Shown piece by piece: positions 37,775 to 51,100 of a stretch of DNA of 64,000 nt. This DNA comes from Antedon mediterranea. Lineage: Eukaryota; Animalia; Echinodermata. The notes under the pieces were generated by a model that had not been told where the DNA came from, did not search any database, and saw only the letters and a list, made by a program, of their open reading frames with translations. The stretch is taken from positions 2,200,201 to 2,264,200 of the forward strand of contig NC_092679.1 in assembly GCF_964355755.1 (NCBI RefSeq), given 5' to 3'. Position 1 is the stretch's first letter. Each line of letters begins with the position of its first letter. Both the position numbers and the translations under genes were made by a program.

Positions 37775-38181
37775 AACACATGTCAGGGTTCAGTATGGAA
37801 AGCCAAAATCGCCAAAACCTGAAGCGGAACGTATCAGCAATTGTAATACATTTATTCAATCGATAACAGTGCATATTAATATTTTTGTATTTATTTTAAA
37901 TATATTTAACATCTTTAGGAAAAGAATAGACCAATAAACCCAAATCGATAAATTATTCTACATAAAACTTTTGAGTACCGTTGCAAGTCTTTGTTGTGAA
38001 TACGTATACCATGCTATAAAAAGTGAATACAAACTCGCTTTAAAGAGGAATAACTGTTTTCTTGAATAATTGCCTCTGCTCCGCTTATTGTTGATCATTT
38101 ATCCAAAAAACATCCGATAAACGGTTACTTTTTGAGATCTTGTTCAAAAGTATAAGAAAACTGTAAAACGTGAACAAAAAT

Positions 38182-41100
38182 ATGGTTTTGATGATACTGA
38201 CTTGCAAGTTTTTCTTCTTTTTACTTTTGGTATCTTGGAATACGACAAGTAAGTATAATACTGCATTTACTTTTATCATTCACTCTAGGACGCAACGCAA
38301 CGACGTATCGACGCACAGTGCTGTAAACATGGCAGGTTTGATTTCACGCAGGCAAACACAATTATGGGAAAGGCGTTTTCTTACGTTGCGTAGGTTGCGT
38401 TATGTTGCGTCGCTAGTGAGAACCAAGCTTAAGTAAATATCTTTGCTGAAGCAATTACCCTAAGACGGGCGCAACGCAAATGCTAAGCAATAAAACGTGG
38501 TTCCCACTAGCGACGCAACGTAATGCAATCTACGCAACGTAAGCAATGCCCTTCTAATAATTGTGTTTGCCCCGCCTCGTGAAATCAAACCTGCGATGTT
38601 TGCAGCACTATTGCGTCGTCGGTTACCACTTGTGATTACACAATACAGCACTCTATGTGTCGATACGTCACGCTGCGTTGTGTTCTAGTGGGAACCACGC
38701 TTTACGTCGTTGCGTCCTACTTAAGCTTGGTTCCATTCGCTTTTGATTGCTAACTGTTTATAACTTCGCTGTCATTGGTTAAAACGCTTGCGTTGCGTTT
38801 ACGTCCTTGCGTTACGTTCTAGTGGGAACCAAGCTTTAGTAGGAACCAAGCATTTACTTGATTATCTTCCCACTAGAGACGCAACACAAGAAAATCAAGT
38901 GATTTGACTACACACAAGTGATGGATTACTGTCGCTATGATCAACTCTCGCGTGCGTTGCGTCGTCTACGTCCTTTGCACTGCGTCTCTCTATTGGGAAC
39001 CAAGCAACGCAAGTAATTTGACCAATCACAACGCAATGGGAATCATCAATAATAACGTCATCATCAAACTACTAGGCGTACTTGCTTTGCGCTTATCATC
39101 CAAGTGGGAACCGGAGCTTAACAAGTAAAAGAGAAAACAAAAGACGTTGTACACAGCATGTCATATATTTATTTTATACCAGTATGTTATATTCTTTCCA
39201 CAGACGCTATTGACTTATTAAATTCGACGAATGTCCGTATATATTATCACAATAATGTAGGAGGCCTAACCGACGCAGAATTCGCCATTGACGGAAATGA
39301 GCTAACACTGGCAAACACAGGTATAAACGACGAAGCCTAAAACCTTGCACTATCAAACTTTATGTGACACAAAAGTGTGAAATGCCCAAAGATGGTAGTG
39401 ATATGACATCATCATGTCCATATATGGGCACATCACATTTTTTTGTCACATAAGTTTGATAGTGTAGACAAAGCTTTATAATATATTACATGACTGTATA
39501 CAAAGAGTATATTATGGTAATTGTTCGATAACGCGTCACTGATATAATAATAATAATAATAGGCCCCTAATAATAATAATAACAATAACACTAACAATAA
39601 TAATAATAATAATAATAAAGACAATTTAATAAAGAGCTTAATTATTTATTCAATTTATGTTACTTTAATTTATAGATTATCAAGTTGATCCGGCAATCGT
39701 TTTAGAATTCTCCCAATTTGTCTTTATCACCTATGTCAGAATATCTGCTATAATTACTCATCTGTTATCATGTAAGTTGCTAATATTATTATATTAGTTA
39801 TTTCTCACAATGTTTAATTGTTTTGCTCTCACAACTGTAATTACGAATCAATGTATATCAATATAATATAAGGAGGTGGTATGTCCTTCTAATAGTAACA
39901 TAAGAAGTCTTTGTTTAAAAATAATCCTAAGTATGCATATTGGAATCGATATACAATCTAAAGACATCTACAATAATTGACGACATTAATTATCCTGTAT
40001 ATATAACCAAAGAACTTATAACACAAGAATCTCCTGTTCTTCAATTTGCATTCAAAACACAGTATCGGAAGTATAGGGTTAAAAGGTCAAACTGGGCGCC
40101 CCCCCCCCCCCACCCTAGAGTATTAGCAGATCCCCTCTATGAGTTTGACTTTCTAATTTGATGCGGGCGCCCTACTCCATGGCTAACAATGGCGCCACCC
40201 ATTAGCTCTATTCTATCCCACAATGCCTTTCGAAATTGTTACGCGCTTCGGACGAACAGGAGATTCTTGTGTTATAAGTTCTTTGATATAACCATATAAT
40301 TATTTGATATATAGTTAGGCCTACGTATACAAAATGAATCATTTAGTTGGAGAAATTGTATTATTTGCCGATTAACAGCCGATCACAAATTATTTAGTTA
40401 TAACTTCTTGCTTGAATATAAATCAACCAAAATGCTAATGCTGTTGTTTTGAATTTTATAATAATATTGTATGATAAAATTGATTTGAACCCGTTCATTT
40501 GAACAAGACGATGGAACAACTTTTTATATTATTATTGAATTACATTATTACATATTAATTAATACGTGTAGATTAACGAAAATTTAAAAAATTAATTTAA
40601 AAAAACTTTACTAACACTGTAAGTCACACATCAGGCAATGTAGGCTATCTATTTTCTTAAAAATTCATAAAAAGAAGGAATTCTATAAAATTCTAAAAAC
40701 ATATTAATGCGTGTCAAGACTACTATACTATTATTATCTGTTCAATCATCATTCGGTACAATTTTTAACAGTTCCCGTTACAGTCCGGATTGGAAGTTCG
40801 AGTAACATACGAGAAAACACAATCTGTGATACGGTTTTTTGGGGAGCTAATATAGATATAAAGACAGCACACTTTGGGAAATTTCTATCCCTTCAAGAAG
40901 AAGATTGTTCGTTTCTTTGCTCTTTTCACCTTTATGAAATCTACGTGTATGGTGTAACAGGTACTATATTTTTATACTATAATATTTTTATACTATGTTT
41001 TTATATCTGTTCTGTGTTTTTTTTTTTTGTGATAAGTGAGAAATGCAATTTCCAATTTATTTAGACAGTAGGCCTATAAGTCATATGTAGGTAAGTGTAC

Positions 41101-42003
41101 AAAAAAAAGTGTACTAAAATCCCAATCAAGGTCTAGGACAACGTGGAACAAATATGACGTTAACTTTGAACCAAAACAGAGCTCAGAAATGTTCGATTAA
41201 CAGCTTTTAATTTATGCATAACTTATCTTTTTGTTTCAGTTGATATGTCTCTAAGGTATAACGGGTATTATCTGGATGGTACCTGTTACAAAGTTGTCAA
41301 TGAGACAAGTGATTGGTTGACTGCGCGTACAAAGTGTGACGCAGAATCGGACGCAAGTCATCTAGTCACCGTCAACTCAACAACAGAAAATGATTTTTTG
41401 TTTAACGTCATGAGTTTGGTAGGCGTGAAATCTACATGGTTAGGTTTGAGGAAGGAGAATTCGTTAATCGAGTGGGTTGATGGAAAGAACAGGAGTTTCA
41501 CTAACTTTGAAGACGTAACCAATGAACCGTCTGCCGGTTGTGCTGCTATTGACGCCAACCAATCGCCAGAGTGGAACTGGGAATCTTGCACAGACACCTC
41601 ATTTGCATATGTTTGCAAAAGACCAAGTAGGTTCAACGATGGAGATACAATATCTTATTTATTTTATCCATTAAATACGAGTTTCTTTCGCAATAAGACA
41701 ACAACATTTGCAGTTTATAATCTCTTACTGTTTTCTCTCTTTTCAGTATCGAATCGAGTGATCGTCCATAAGAAATATATTTCTCAGAAACATGTTGCAA
41801 CTGATAATACGATTCAGCAGTATAAGGTCCTCAATTCTGCTTTCTGCTCTCAGTATTGTATGGATGACGGCAGATGTCATTTCTTCTCTTTCAGTTCAGT
41901 GACTGGTGAATGTAGACTAAGTGCCTCTAGTGAGGCTTTAGTGGATGACGTACATGCTGACTATTTTGTAGAGAGTCAGCCATTTGCAACTTGCACCTTC
42001 TGA
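38182..42003 (+). CDS. Secreted mosaic lectin (~370 aa): signal peptide + F-type-lectin/discoidin-like domain + C-type lectin domain + PAN/apple domain
   Basis: Six in-frame exons, all with phase-1 junctions: 38182-38248, 39204-39320, 39676-39771, 40772-40960, 41240-41626, 41747-42003. CTLD motifs are CYK..W..AR..C..HLV..WLGL..EPS..C..WNW..C..YVC. PAN motif is CSQYC..CHFFSF..CRLS. The N-terminal domain has AIDG..., VRIG..N..C, GKFLSL and EIYVYG. Confidence 0.8.
40008..40285. mobile_element. MITE with perfect 32-bp TIRs in a lectin intron
   Basis: caaagaacttataacacaagaatctcctgttc (40008-40039) and its exact reverse complement (40254-40285), in a TA-rich context. Confidence 0.75.
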
Positions 42004-42747
42004 ATTCAAGATCAACATTTTTAAATTTAAACAAAATGTTGATTTAAGGAAGGATTATTCTTCGTTAAACTTTAATTAGATTTTAGAATATTAATAATTC
42101 AATTAATCATAATGTATGTTTATTATAAAAAAGTTTCTATTAGGTTGCCTACTTCTTCCTTCTGTCTCCTCGTTGTGCACTCTTCTCTATGATCCAAAAT
42201 AAAACACAAAATTATACATGTATATTTATTCTTATAATAAGAATTAATCAATATTATTACATCTATAAGGCAACCGTGTTTATCACACAATAGTCTATAA
42301 AATAGTTTCTAATACTAAAACTGCCGTAACACCTTGAAACCTGCACTTTAGTCACATAGTCTAAATAAATGTTGTTGTTGAATTTAAAAAAAAAAAAAAA
42401 GTAAAACCATTACAACTAAAAACCACTTAGGCTCTAATTTGTGTGCATAAGTTATTATTATACACGTAAACATTCAGAGTTCCCTAGTTTTTAAGTACTG
42501 GTTCCTTTGTTACTCACTAAATATATTCAATTAACAATAAATCGATAAGAATGTATACATTTTGTTATGTTTTTATTGTAGGTACGTGCTGCGCCTAATA
42601 AGCTTATAACAATTAAGACAACATGAAATATTCATGTTAGGTAATTTTCTGTAATAACTGACTCCGTCAAACTGGTGACGATCATTATCAAAATCTGTCT
42701 TTACTTTTAACTACGTATCATTGGCAAACTCTAAAACGTGGACAAAG

Positions 42748-45700
42748 ATGGTTCTGTTGATGCAATTCTGTAGATCTGTCTTCATTTTCCTTTTGTTATC
42801 TTTGACAAGTAGGTATCCTACAATGTTGTTACGTTTATTATGCAACAACTAATTTAAAGGGTAACTCTATGTTTAAAATGTTTATAGTTATATAAACCTT
42901 TTGTAGCATTAATCTGAATGCCAGCTTTATGTCAATGGCTACCAAATATCTCTGTTGACGGTACTACCAGTAATGTACAGAGATTGTAACAACATATACA
43001 GTGTATCGGTGTTGACATATAACCTCACTAAAGCGGTCTACACTATACAAACTGTATGTAACAAAACAATGTGATGTGCCCATATATGGACATGATGATG
43101 TCATATCACTACCATATTTGAGCATACTACTGCCATATTTAGGCACATCACATTTTTGTCGAACTAATTTGATATCGGCAAAGAAACACGAGCGTCATGA
43201 AATACTGTATATGCTTGGTTCCCACTAGAACGCAGCGCAAGTACGTAATGTAACGTAAGTGAGTTGGCCAATCACAAGCGATGGATTATTCGAACTCTCG
43301 CTTGTCATTGGTCAACACGCTTGCGTTGCGTTTACGTCCTTGCGTTACTTTCTAGTGGGAACCAAGCTATAGAGCTGGTGCTAAACGCGACGACGACGTT
43401 TTCGTCATAAGCGTGATGACCTTTTGTAGATTTAGAGAGGAGATCTATAAGAACATTTATGATACATACCTTATCTTTTTAAAAGTGTATATGTCTCTCG
43501 GATATTATCTGGACGGTAAATGCCACAAGGTCATCTACGAGGCAGAAGATTGGTGGACTGCGCGTGAAACATGCGACGGAAAATTTAGCCACCTAGTTAC
43601 TGTCAACTCAAATGGAAAAAATTACTTTTTGTTTGACGTCCTACGTTTGGCAGGCGTATAAGAATCTGCATGGTTAGGTCTCAAGAAGGAGAATTCTGTA
43701 AACGAGTGGGTTGATGGAAAGAACAGGAGTTTCACTAACTTTGAAGAGGGAACCTATGTAACGTGGGACAGCTGTGCTGCTATAGGCGAAAATCAATCAC
43801 CAAAGTGGGGCTGGAAATCTTGTTCAGACGCCGCATTTTCATATGCTTGCGAGAGTTTGGGTAAGCTAAATTTTATTTGATTAGGATTGGAAAATCTCCT
43901 TCGTGAGTCCCCCTACGGTAGTTCCCTTGGATTACACAAGATATAAAAAAAGAAATGATTCAAAAGAAAAGAATACTTTTCAAGAAAGCTAAGTTAACTA
44001 AATCAATTTCAGACTGGGAAATATATAAGCAATTGAGAATACTTATGTGGACAATTTGTTTTGCTCAGAACATGCTATTATGCTATATTATAGGCCTAAT
44101 AATCAATCGATACAAGCGTATCTAAATAGACAATTTATGAAATAATTTTATTGAAATAGCTCTGAAGTTTTGGATAAATTTAAATCGTAAACGTTTTTGG
44201 ACATTTGTTAAATCTAAAAAGTGTTACCTCACAAACATTTAATGTTATTAATCAGATCTTAGAAATTCCAATGATATTGCCAATGCTTTTGCTTTTGCTC
44301 TGTTTTTAAATCTCCTAATCTCCTTCCGTCTACACCTCCTGCTTGCAATATCCAATCTCCATCCTTTCCTCCATTGGATAACTTTGACTTTACTCCTAAA
44401 GATGTTGCTGATACCCTCTCTACATTCTCATCGTTTGCTTCACCCGGTCCTGATAATTTTTCACCTTGGCTTCTTCAGGCTATTTCTTTTCCTATTTCTT
44501 ATTCTCTGTATACTTCTCACAATCTCTTAACTCTTGAACTCTTCCCCTCCAGTGGAAACATGCAGAAGTTGTTCCAATTTTTTAATCTGGTGTTCATCCA
44601 CTGTCAAACTATCGCCCAGTTGCCCTTACTTCAATCATCTGCAAGTGTCTTGAGAAAATTGTAAAAAAGCCCATCTCCTCAAATTTATCAGAGTTGTTAC
44701 TATTGTACCAAGGCCAGCATGGTTTTGTAAAAGGTAAATCTTGTGCTACTCTTCTAACTAATATTTCTCATAGCTGGTCCTCAATTCTTGACAAGCCACA
44801 ACCTCCCATCATCAATGCTGTATTTTTGGACATGTCAAAGGCCTTTGATAAACTTCCTCATGACTTCCTACTTAAGAAACTCGCTCAACAATATAACACT
44901 TGCGGACCCTTGTGGCATTGGAGTTCATCCTTTTTAACCCACAGAACCCAAAGTGTTCGTTTTGCCGGTAACGTTTCCTTGAAAGGTTTGGTCACATCTG
45001 GAGTCCCACAAGGCAGCGTTTTAGGTCCTCTTTTATTCAACTTATTTGTCAATGACATCAACTCTACTCTGAACTCTACTTCTGTACTCTTTGCTGATGA
45101 TCTCATAGACCCATTCATTCAGATACCGACTCTACAATTATTCTTCAATCTGATCTTAATTCCATTCACCAGTGGGCATTAGGTAATTCTATGTCATTTA
45201 ACTCAAAGAAGACAAAAGTGATGCATGTTACTCGGAAGACAGACAGAATGTCTGGGCTTATTTTTAGTGTTGCTAATAATGCTTCAAAATCTGCTGACTG
45301 TCTATATCTTACTAGGTTAACATTTTTTAACCTCATGTCTCTTAAAAACCGTCGCAACAAAATCCTTTTTTTTTTAAATGTCTTTATGGCTTTACTGTAT
45401 GCTCTTCTGTCATCCAGAATGTCACTATCAATCCTAGACATACTGAAGACCTAACTTGTTATCATCTCTTTTCTCGAACTCTGACCCTTTGTAATTCTCT
45501 TATAAACCGCTTCCTTAAGTTTTGGTCTCAGTTACCTTCCTCATTACGTCAATTAGCTGTTACTGAATCTTTTCCTCATCTTTTATCATCTATTGACTCT
45601 TTCCTTCATGATAATTATCTTATTATTTTTTTTTTTTATATTTAATTCAATTTTTTTTGTATATATCATATTTGTTCTTTTTTTTTCTGTATACTCACAG

Positions 45701-46566
45701 CTTTATACTTTATTTGTTTATAAAATTATATATTTATTTTAGTTAAGATCATGGGACTGCTGACTCTTGTAGTAATCGTATTACTTTAGCAGTCCCTGAC
45801 CAATTCATCTTTTTACATTGTATATTATGTTTGTTGGTCAAATAAATAAATAAAATGAAATGAAATATGCAACAACTAGCAACGCAACTGAGTTGACCAA
45901 TCACAATCGACAGTTCGGTGGTCAATGGCGTCGTGATTGGCCAAATAATTAATTACTTGATTTCTCAAATAGTATAGATATCCATCTGCTACTGGTATGA
46001 CTAATTTCGCAATTAAAAATATTCCTCCGATAATACCACCAATTACCTAGCTGGGCAACGTTTGACAGCCTTGTTCTTGCATTGGGCATTTACATTCATT
46101 TTGCCAATCACAATTTCCACCTTTCATGTAAGACAATATTAAAAGTAAAAGATTAGAAATGTTATTCCCGGAGCCCACCTTTAAAGCAAACCTCAGTTAA
46201 CTTTAATTAATTATGTAGAATCTGCATCAATCATTAGTATTGTTCGATTTCTTTCTTTGTTTTCTTTTATTTTTGTTTGTAGATACAAATCAAGTGTCGG
46301 TTTCATACAATCGATCTTCTACTCAAAAACATGTTTCTATTGAGAGAATGGTGAAAGCGTACAATGTGGCCAATCCTGCATTCTGTTCTCAATACTGTAT
46401 GAGTCACAACATGAAGGGCTACAACAAGTGTCTGTCTTTTTCTTTCAATACGATGACTGCTGAATGTAGACTGAGTGATTTGGTACGTGGTAGTGGTAGA
46501 CATTTAGTGGATGATATTCATGCAGACTATTTTGTACAGAATGAACCATTTGTTAAGTGTACCTGA
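42748..46566 (+). pseudogene. Tandem paralog of the lectin (signal + CTLD + PAN) with an in-frame premature stop
   Basis: Exons 42748-42808, 43486-43860 and 46283-46566 are homologous to the upstream gene. TAA at 43659-43661 interrupts the CTLD, and the frame continues after it (ESAWLGLKKENSVNEWVDGKNRSFTNF). Confidence 0.75.
43870..45866 (+). mobile_element. Decayed, 5'-truncated non-LTR retrotransposon (CR1/L2-group) ORF2 fragment
   Basis: RT motifs SPGPD, QHGF..GKSC, FLDMSKAFD, GVPQGSVLGPLLF and LFADD, broken by frameshifts. 3' stem-loop gggactgct...agcagtccc and an (AAAT/GAAAT)n tail. Confidence 0.9.
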
Positions 46567-46597
46567 TTTTAAACAAAATTAAGATTGTGGAGAGTAA

Positions 46598-46754
46598 AGC
46601 TCTGTCTACACTATCAAACTAGTTCGACAAAAAAGGTGTGATGTGCCCAAATATGGTAATAATACGCCTAAATATAGTAGTGACATCATCATGTCTATAT
46701 ATGGGCACATCACATTTTTTTTGTCACATAAAGTTTGATAGTGTAGACAGAGCT
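46598..46754. mobile_element. MITE family A, representative full copy (PIF/Harbinger-like)
   Basis: Perfect TIR AGCTCTGTCTACACTATCAAACT with TAA TSD (46595-46597 and 46755-46757). More than 25 full or partial copies in the window, e.g. 10540, 19055, 20142, 20899, 32803, 35732, 50260, 53575, 54113, 56868, 60780. Confidence 0.9.
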
Positions 46755-48109
46755 TAAGACTAAGTTCTCTTATCGTGTAAGTACATTATCAATCAATAAT
46801 TGGAAAACTTTTGTTATGGTCTACAGGTTGAGGAAAAATTAGCCCCTTTAAAAAAACATTTTAAAATCATGCCCATATATGGTCACATCACATTTTTTTG
46901 TTACATAAAGTTTGATAGTGTAGTATAATGTTTCGTGTCAAACAACACATCAAACAGCAAGTAAATGTTTTTATGCCTAGAACTCATTTTATTTTCTTGT
47001 TAGTTCAATGTATTCTTGATATACACTCAGTTGCATTATACACTGTATTCATCTATTCTTACTGTTTTCAGTGTAATAATATTTAATATTAATACATAAT
47101 AATTCTTTAATACAATATTTACACAACAAAAAAAATCGATAATATAACAACTTTATACATTCCATATACATATTTATATAATCATATTTAATATAAAAAA
47201 ACTCGTATTAACAAGTTATAGTTTTCAAAACAGCACCGCGAGCAAATAATTATCGTTAATTTTTGAATATATCTTGGTTTTGTTGTCATGACAATTATGA
47301 TGTTATATTGATGCAGGAAAGTAAAAAAAACATGTGATATAGAATAGAAACAGTAGGTATAAAAAAAAAAACCGAGACTATGTATATATGGTAAGATATG
47401 GTATTTTTTAATGTACTGGATATATTGTAATTCATTTCAAATTCAATTTGTCAAGTTTTATGTTTTTTTTATCGAGGGCCCTAAATGATCAGTTTCCATT
47501 TGAAGCAGGATAGGCTACCCTCAGTAAATATGGTAATAAAAAAAAAAATTAATTACTTTAAAAGCAGATGTTTGTAATTGTCTATTATAGGCCATGTTTC
47601 CGCGGCCAAAAATTAATCGATAATGTGCCAGTGGAAACAGGGTTTAAGCGATTCCACTAGAGAAAAATTAACCGATAATTATCTCACTCAAATCGGATAA
47701 ATGCAATCATTATTAACCTTTTACCTGAAGGACAAATTGTTGCGATTTGATTGGGCATCTGGTTGTTTGTTAATGACTGATCATGTGCACTTTATTGGTT
47801 AAAAAATTAACTGAAAATGTTGTTTTGGCTGCGGAAACATGACAATAGAATGACTATCATCATATCTACATCATAGTTAGCTTCACAGATTATTTTATGC
47901 TTAATTGTCCAATAATTTAAAGATTTTTCATAAACATAAATCAATTTCTTATTTCTATTTAACTTCTTATTTCATAAAGAGAAAAGAATAATTTTAGAAG
48001 AATTCTAAAATAATTCTCAAAACGTTCTTCATTTTGTTAAATTTTATCATAATCTGTAACATAACATTCTTATCTTCGGTTTCATAATTATTTTCAATGC
48101 TTTACAAAT

Positions 48110-51100
48110 TTAAATTGACCCCATAAAGGCTTCAAATTTTGGAAGTCTATTTTTGTTTTCATCTTTGCGCCCCCATACTGTAACAAGTCCGTCAGAATCA
48201 CATGAAAACAAGTAATGGCTGTCCACTGTATAGCACAAACTGTGAATTAAAAAAACAAATATGTATGAAAGAGTGAGGACAACTTTTGTGCTATGCCAGG
48301 CAAAATCTAGGAACGGTAAACCATCTAGCTACTGTGTCACTAAATAGTTATAATGTATTTAACTCAAGCCGGAACTGAGCCCATGCTCCTGAAATTGGAA
48401 AGCATGTTTAAACCACCAGACCACTCTATTATTATCAAAATAGTGTGGGTGAGTGGCCGAGCGGTTAAGACAGTGGAACCGTAATCACGTAGCCATAACA
48501 TCGGCAGGGGTTCGAGGCTCACTCGCTCCATGGTTCTGGTGGTAGAACGAGTCTTCTCGGATAATGACTATAAACCGTAGGTCCAGTGTACACAACTTGC
48601 TCGTGTGCACTTTAAAGAACCTAGTACATCTTTCGAGACGAGTAGGGGGTTACCCCGGTGTATTAGTACATCACAGCCACTGATCACCAACTGGGCCCTC
48701 TGGGAGACAAGTCTTTGACTGAAGAGGTTACCCAGTATAAATATATATTTCAATCAATCAATCAATCAATCAATCAACCCTTGCAATAATTTCAAACACA
48801 ATATTTCAATAGCATACTAATACTAATGTGTCTTACCTTATAATAGGATTAATAGAAGGTGAAGAGATAGTTCTTACAAGGCTCAAGTCCCATGTGCTCC
48901 ACAATCTGTAATGAAATAAATATTATTAAGGACATTAAAAAAAAAACAAGAATAAAGCGACGCAAAGTAAAGACGTAGATGCCATGCAAGAAAGTTACAC
49001 AATGAGAATTTGAATAGTGCATTGCTTGTGATGTCAAATCACTCGCGCTTCCGTCCTTGCGTTGTGTCCTAGTGGGAACCAAGCTTTAACAAACCTTATC
49101 AATCCATCACTACACCCAGCTGCTAAAGAGTTGACAGAGATGCCTTCGGGGGCATTGGAGAAGGCAACACACAAGATGGTCATCTCACAGATGATCCTGC
49201 CAATTGGGTTACCATTGATGTTCCAGAGGTGAAGAGAGCAAGATCCTGATTCTGAAATAATATCAAGTTGCATGTCAGATTTTCACTTATTAAATGTTAC
49301 TTGTGTACAAGCCACAACACACACAACCCAGCCAAACACCACCACTCTCACCCTACACATGTTGAAAGTGAGAGCTTCCAATCATGTCAGCAGGCTGGAA
49401 TAGCACTCAGAATCAGAATCAGAATAATTTCATTAATCTCCAAAAGAGAAATTCATTTGCTCAGAGTTAAAACAAAAATTGATTGGCTGATTTTTTTTAT
49501 CATGTAATTTTGTGACATATATGTCCTTTGTTACAATTCTCTTTGCTCAAAACATGTCGTAAAATAAACTTATATTGAGGCAGTTTTAACTTATTTCCTG
49601 CCTATGCAGCTCTTTGATTTTAAAAATATTAAAATATGTATATATATAAAAATATTAATATCAGAAGGTTTATATAGAAATGATTATAATAAAAAGTACA
49701 ATAAAAAAAAATATATATATATAAAAATATAAAAAAAAATAAAAACTTGTGATACTTATTGCAGACAAATAATGAGAGCAAATTCTAAAATTGTATACAC
49801 ATGATATATGATAGGACGTTTGATTTCCTTGTATGGCTCAGTTTAAATAAAATGTACTGAAGCACACCACATCTGTTAATAGTCACATTGTACCTTGCAT
49901 TGCTACTGTGGCTATATCTCCTAGAGTATTGCTAATGGTAGCCGTGGTCACTGCCCCGTTGTGGTCCGATAACGACTGAACATAACAAAGGCGGTTCAAA
50001 TCCCATATGATGCAAGTTCCATCCAGACTGGTGGTTACCATGATGCTAAATGGTCGCGAGATTACAATGCTTGACACGACGTCAGTGTGGCCATAAAGGC
50101 ACACTTTATTGCCAACAATCTCGATGCTTGCTTGCTGTGAAAAAAAAAATAATTTAGGTTCAATAATAGACAGAGCCAGATATGAACACCGGACCACAAT
50201 TTTATGTCATTGCCTTTGCTAAGTGTAAAAAAGCACCAGATCCTCAAATGCACATCTTAAACTCTGTCTACAGTATCAAACTTAATGTGACAAAAAAGAT
50301 GTGATGTGCCTATATATGGACATGATGATGTCATATCACTATCATATTTAAGCATATCAATACCATATTTGGGCACATCACTTTTAGTAGTCTACACTAC
50401 AAAAGCAAATATTCAATTCTTTTGGGTATATTACTAACATATTTTGTCAAATCACATTTTTTTTGTCAAACTAGTTTGATAGTGTAGAAAGACCTTTATG
50501 TATTTACCTTGTCAGGGTTGTACTTGGTATTGTATGCTGTGATAATTCCAGAGGTAGATCCAGTCAGTAAGAGACGGCAATCAGTCACCGAACTACAGCA
50601 TGTTATCTGAATATGTAACAAAATATATTTTATTTCAAAGACACTTATTAATTTCAATAATGACAAAATAAAAATAATATATATGATATAATTAGGACAA
50701 GTTTCTTGTCACATACAATATACTTTATTATTATTATTATTATTATTATTGTACACTCATCATCAAAAATATTACTGAATCAAAGTATGCTTTCTGGTCT
50801 ACCATCATGAATTCAGAATTGGAAAGAAATTAAAGAATGTGAATTTTATGAGAAACAAATACATACCTTGTCTTTCTTGTTGGTGTGTAACAGGTTGACA
50901 GAAGCCATCTTTGGTTTATGCTTCAGACGTAGGATGCCATCAGGGTGATCCCAGCTAGCTATACCAGACCACTTGATGTCCACAGCATTCACGCCACTCA
51001 CTCCTATATAAAGTTCACATATTAATATCAAATAAATAGTATAGTCAAAATAATAGTATACAGTCAAGCATGTGTGTTGTTGTGGCCTAGCCCTAGTCTA

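Noticed and set aside
43659-43661. Programmed readthrough or selenocysteine in the lectin paralog
   Set aside because: The codon is TAA, with no readthrough context. Pseudogenisation is simpler.
48445-48525. Functional tRNA gene
   Set aside because: A/B boxes are present, but it continues into a SINE body and occurs as diverged dispersed copies.
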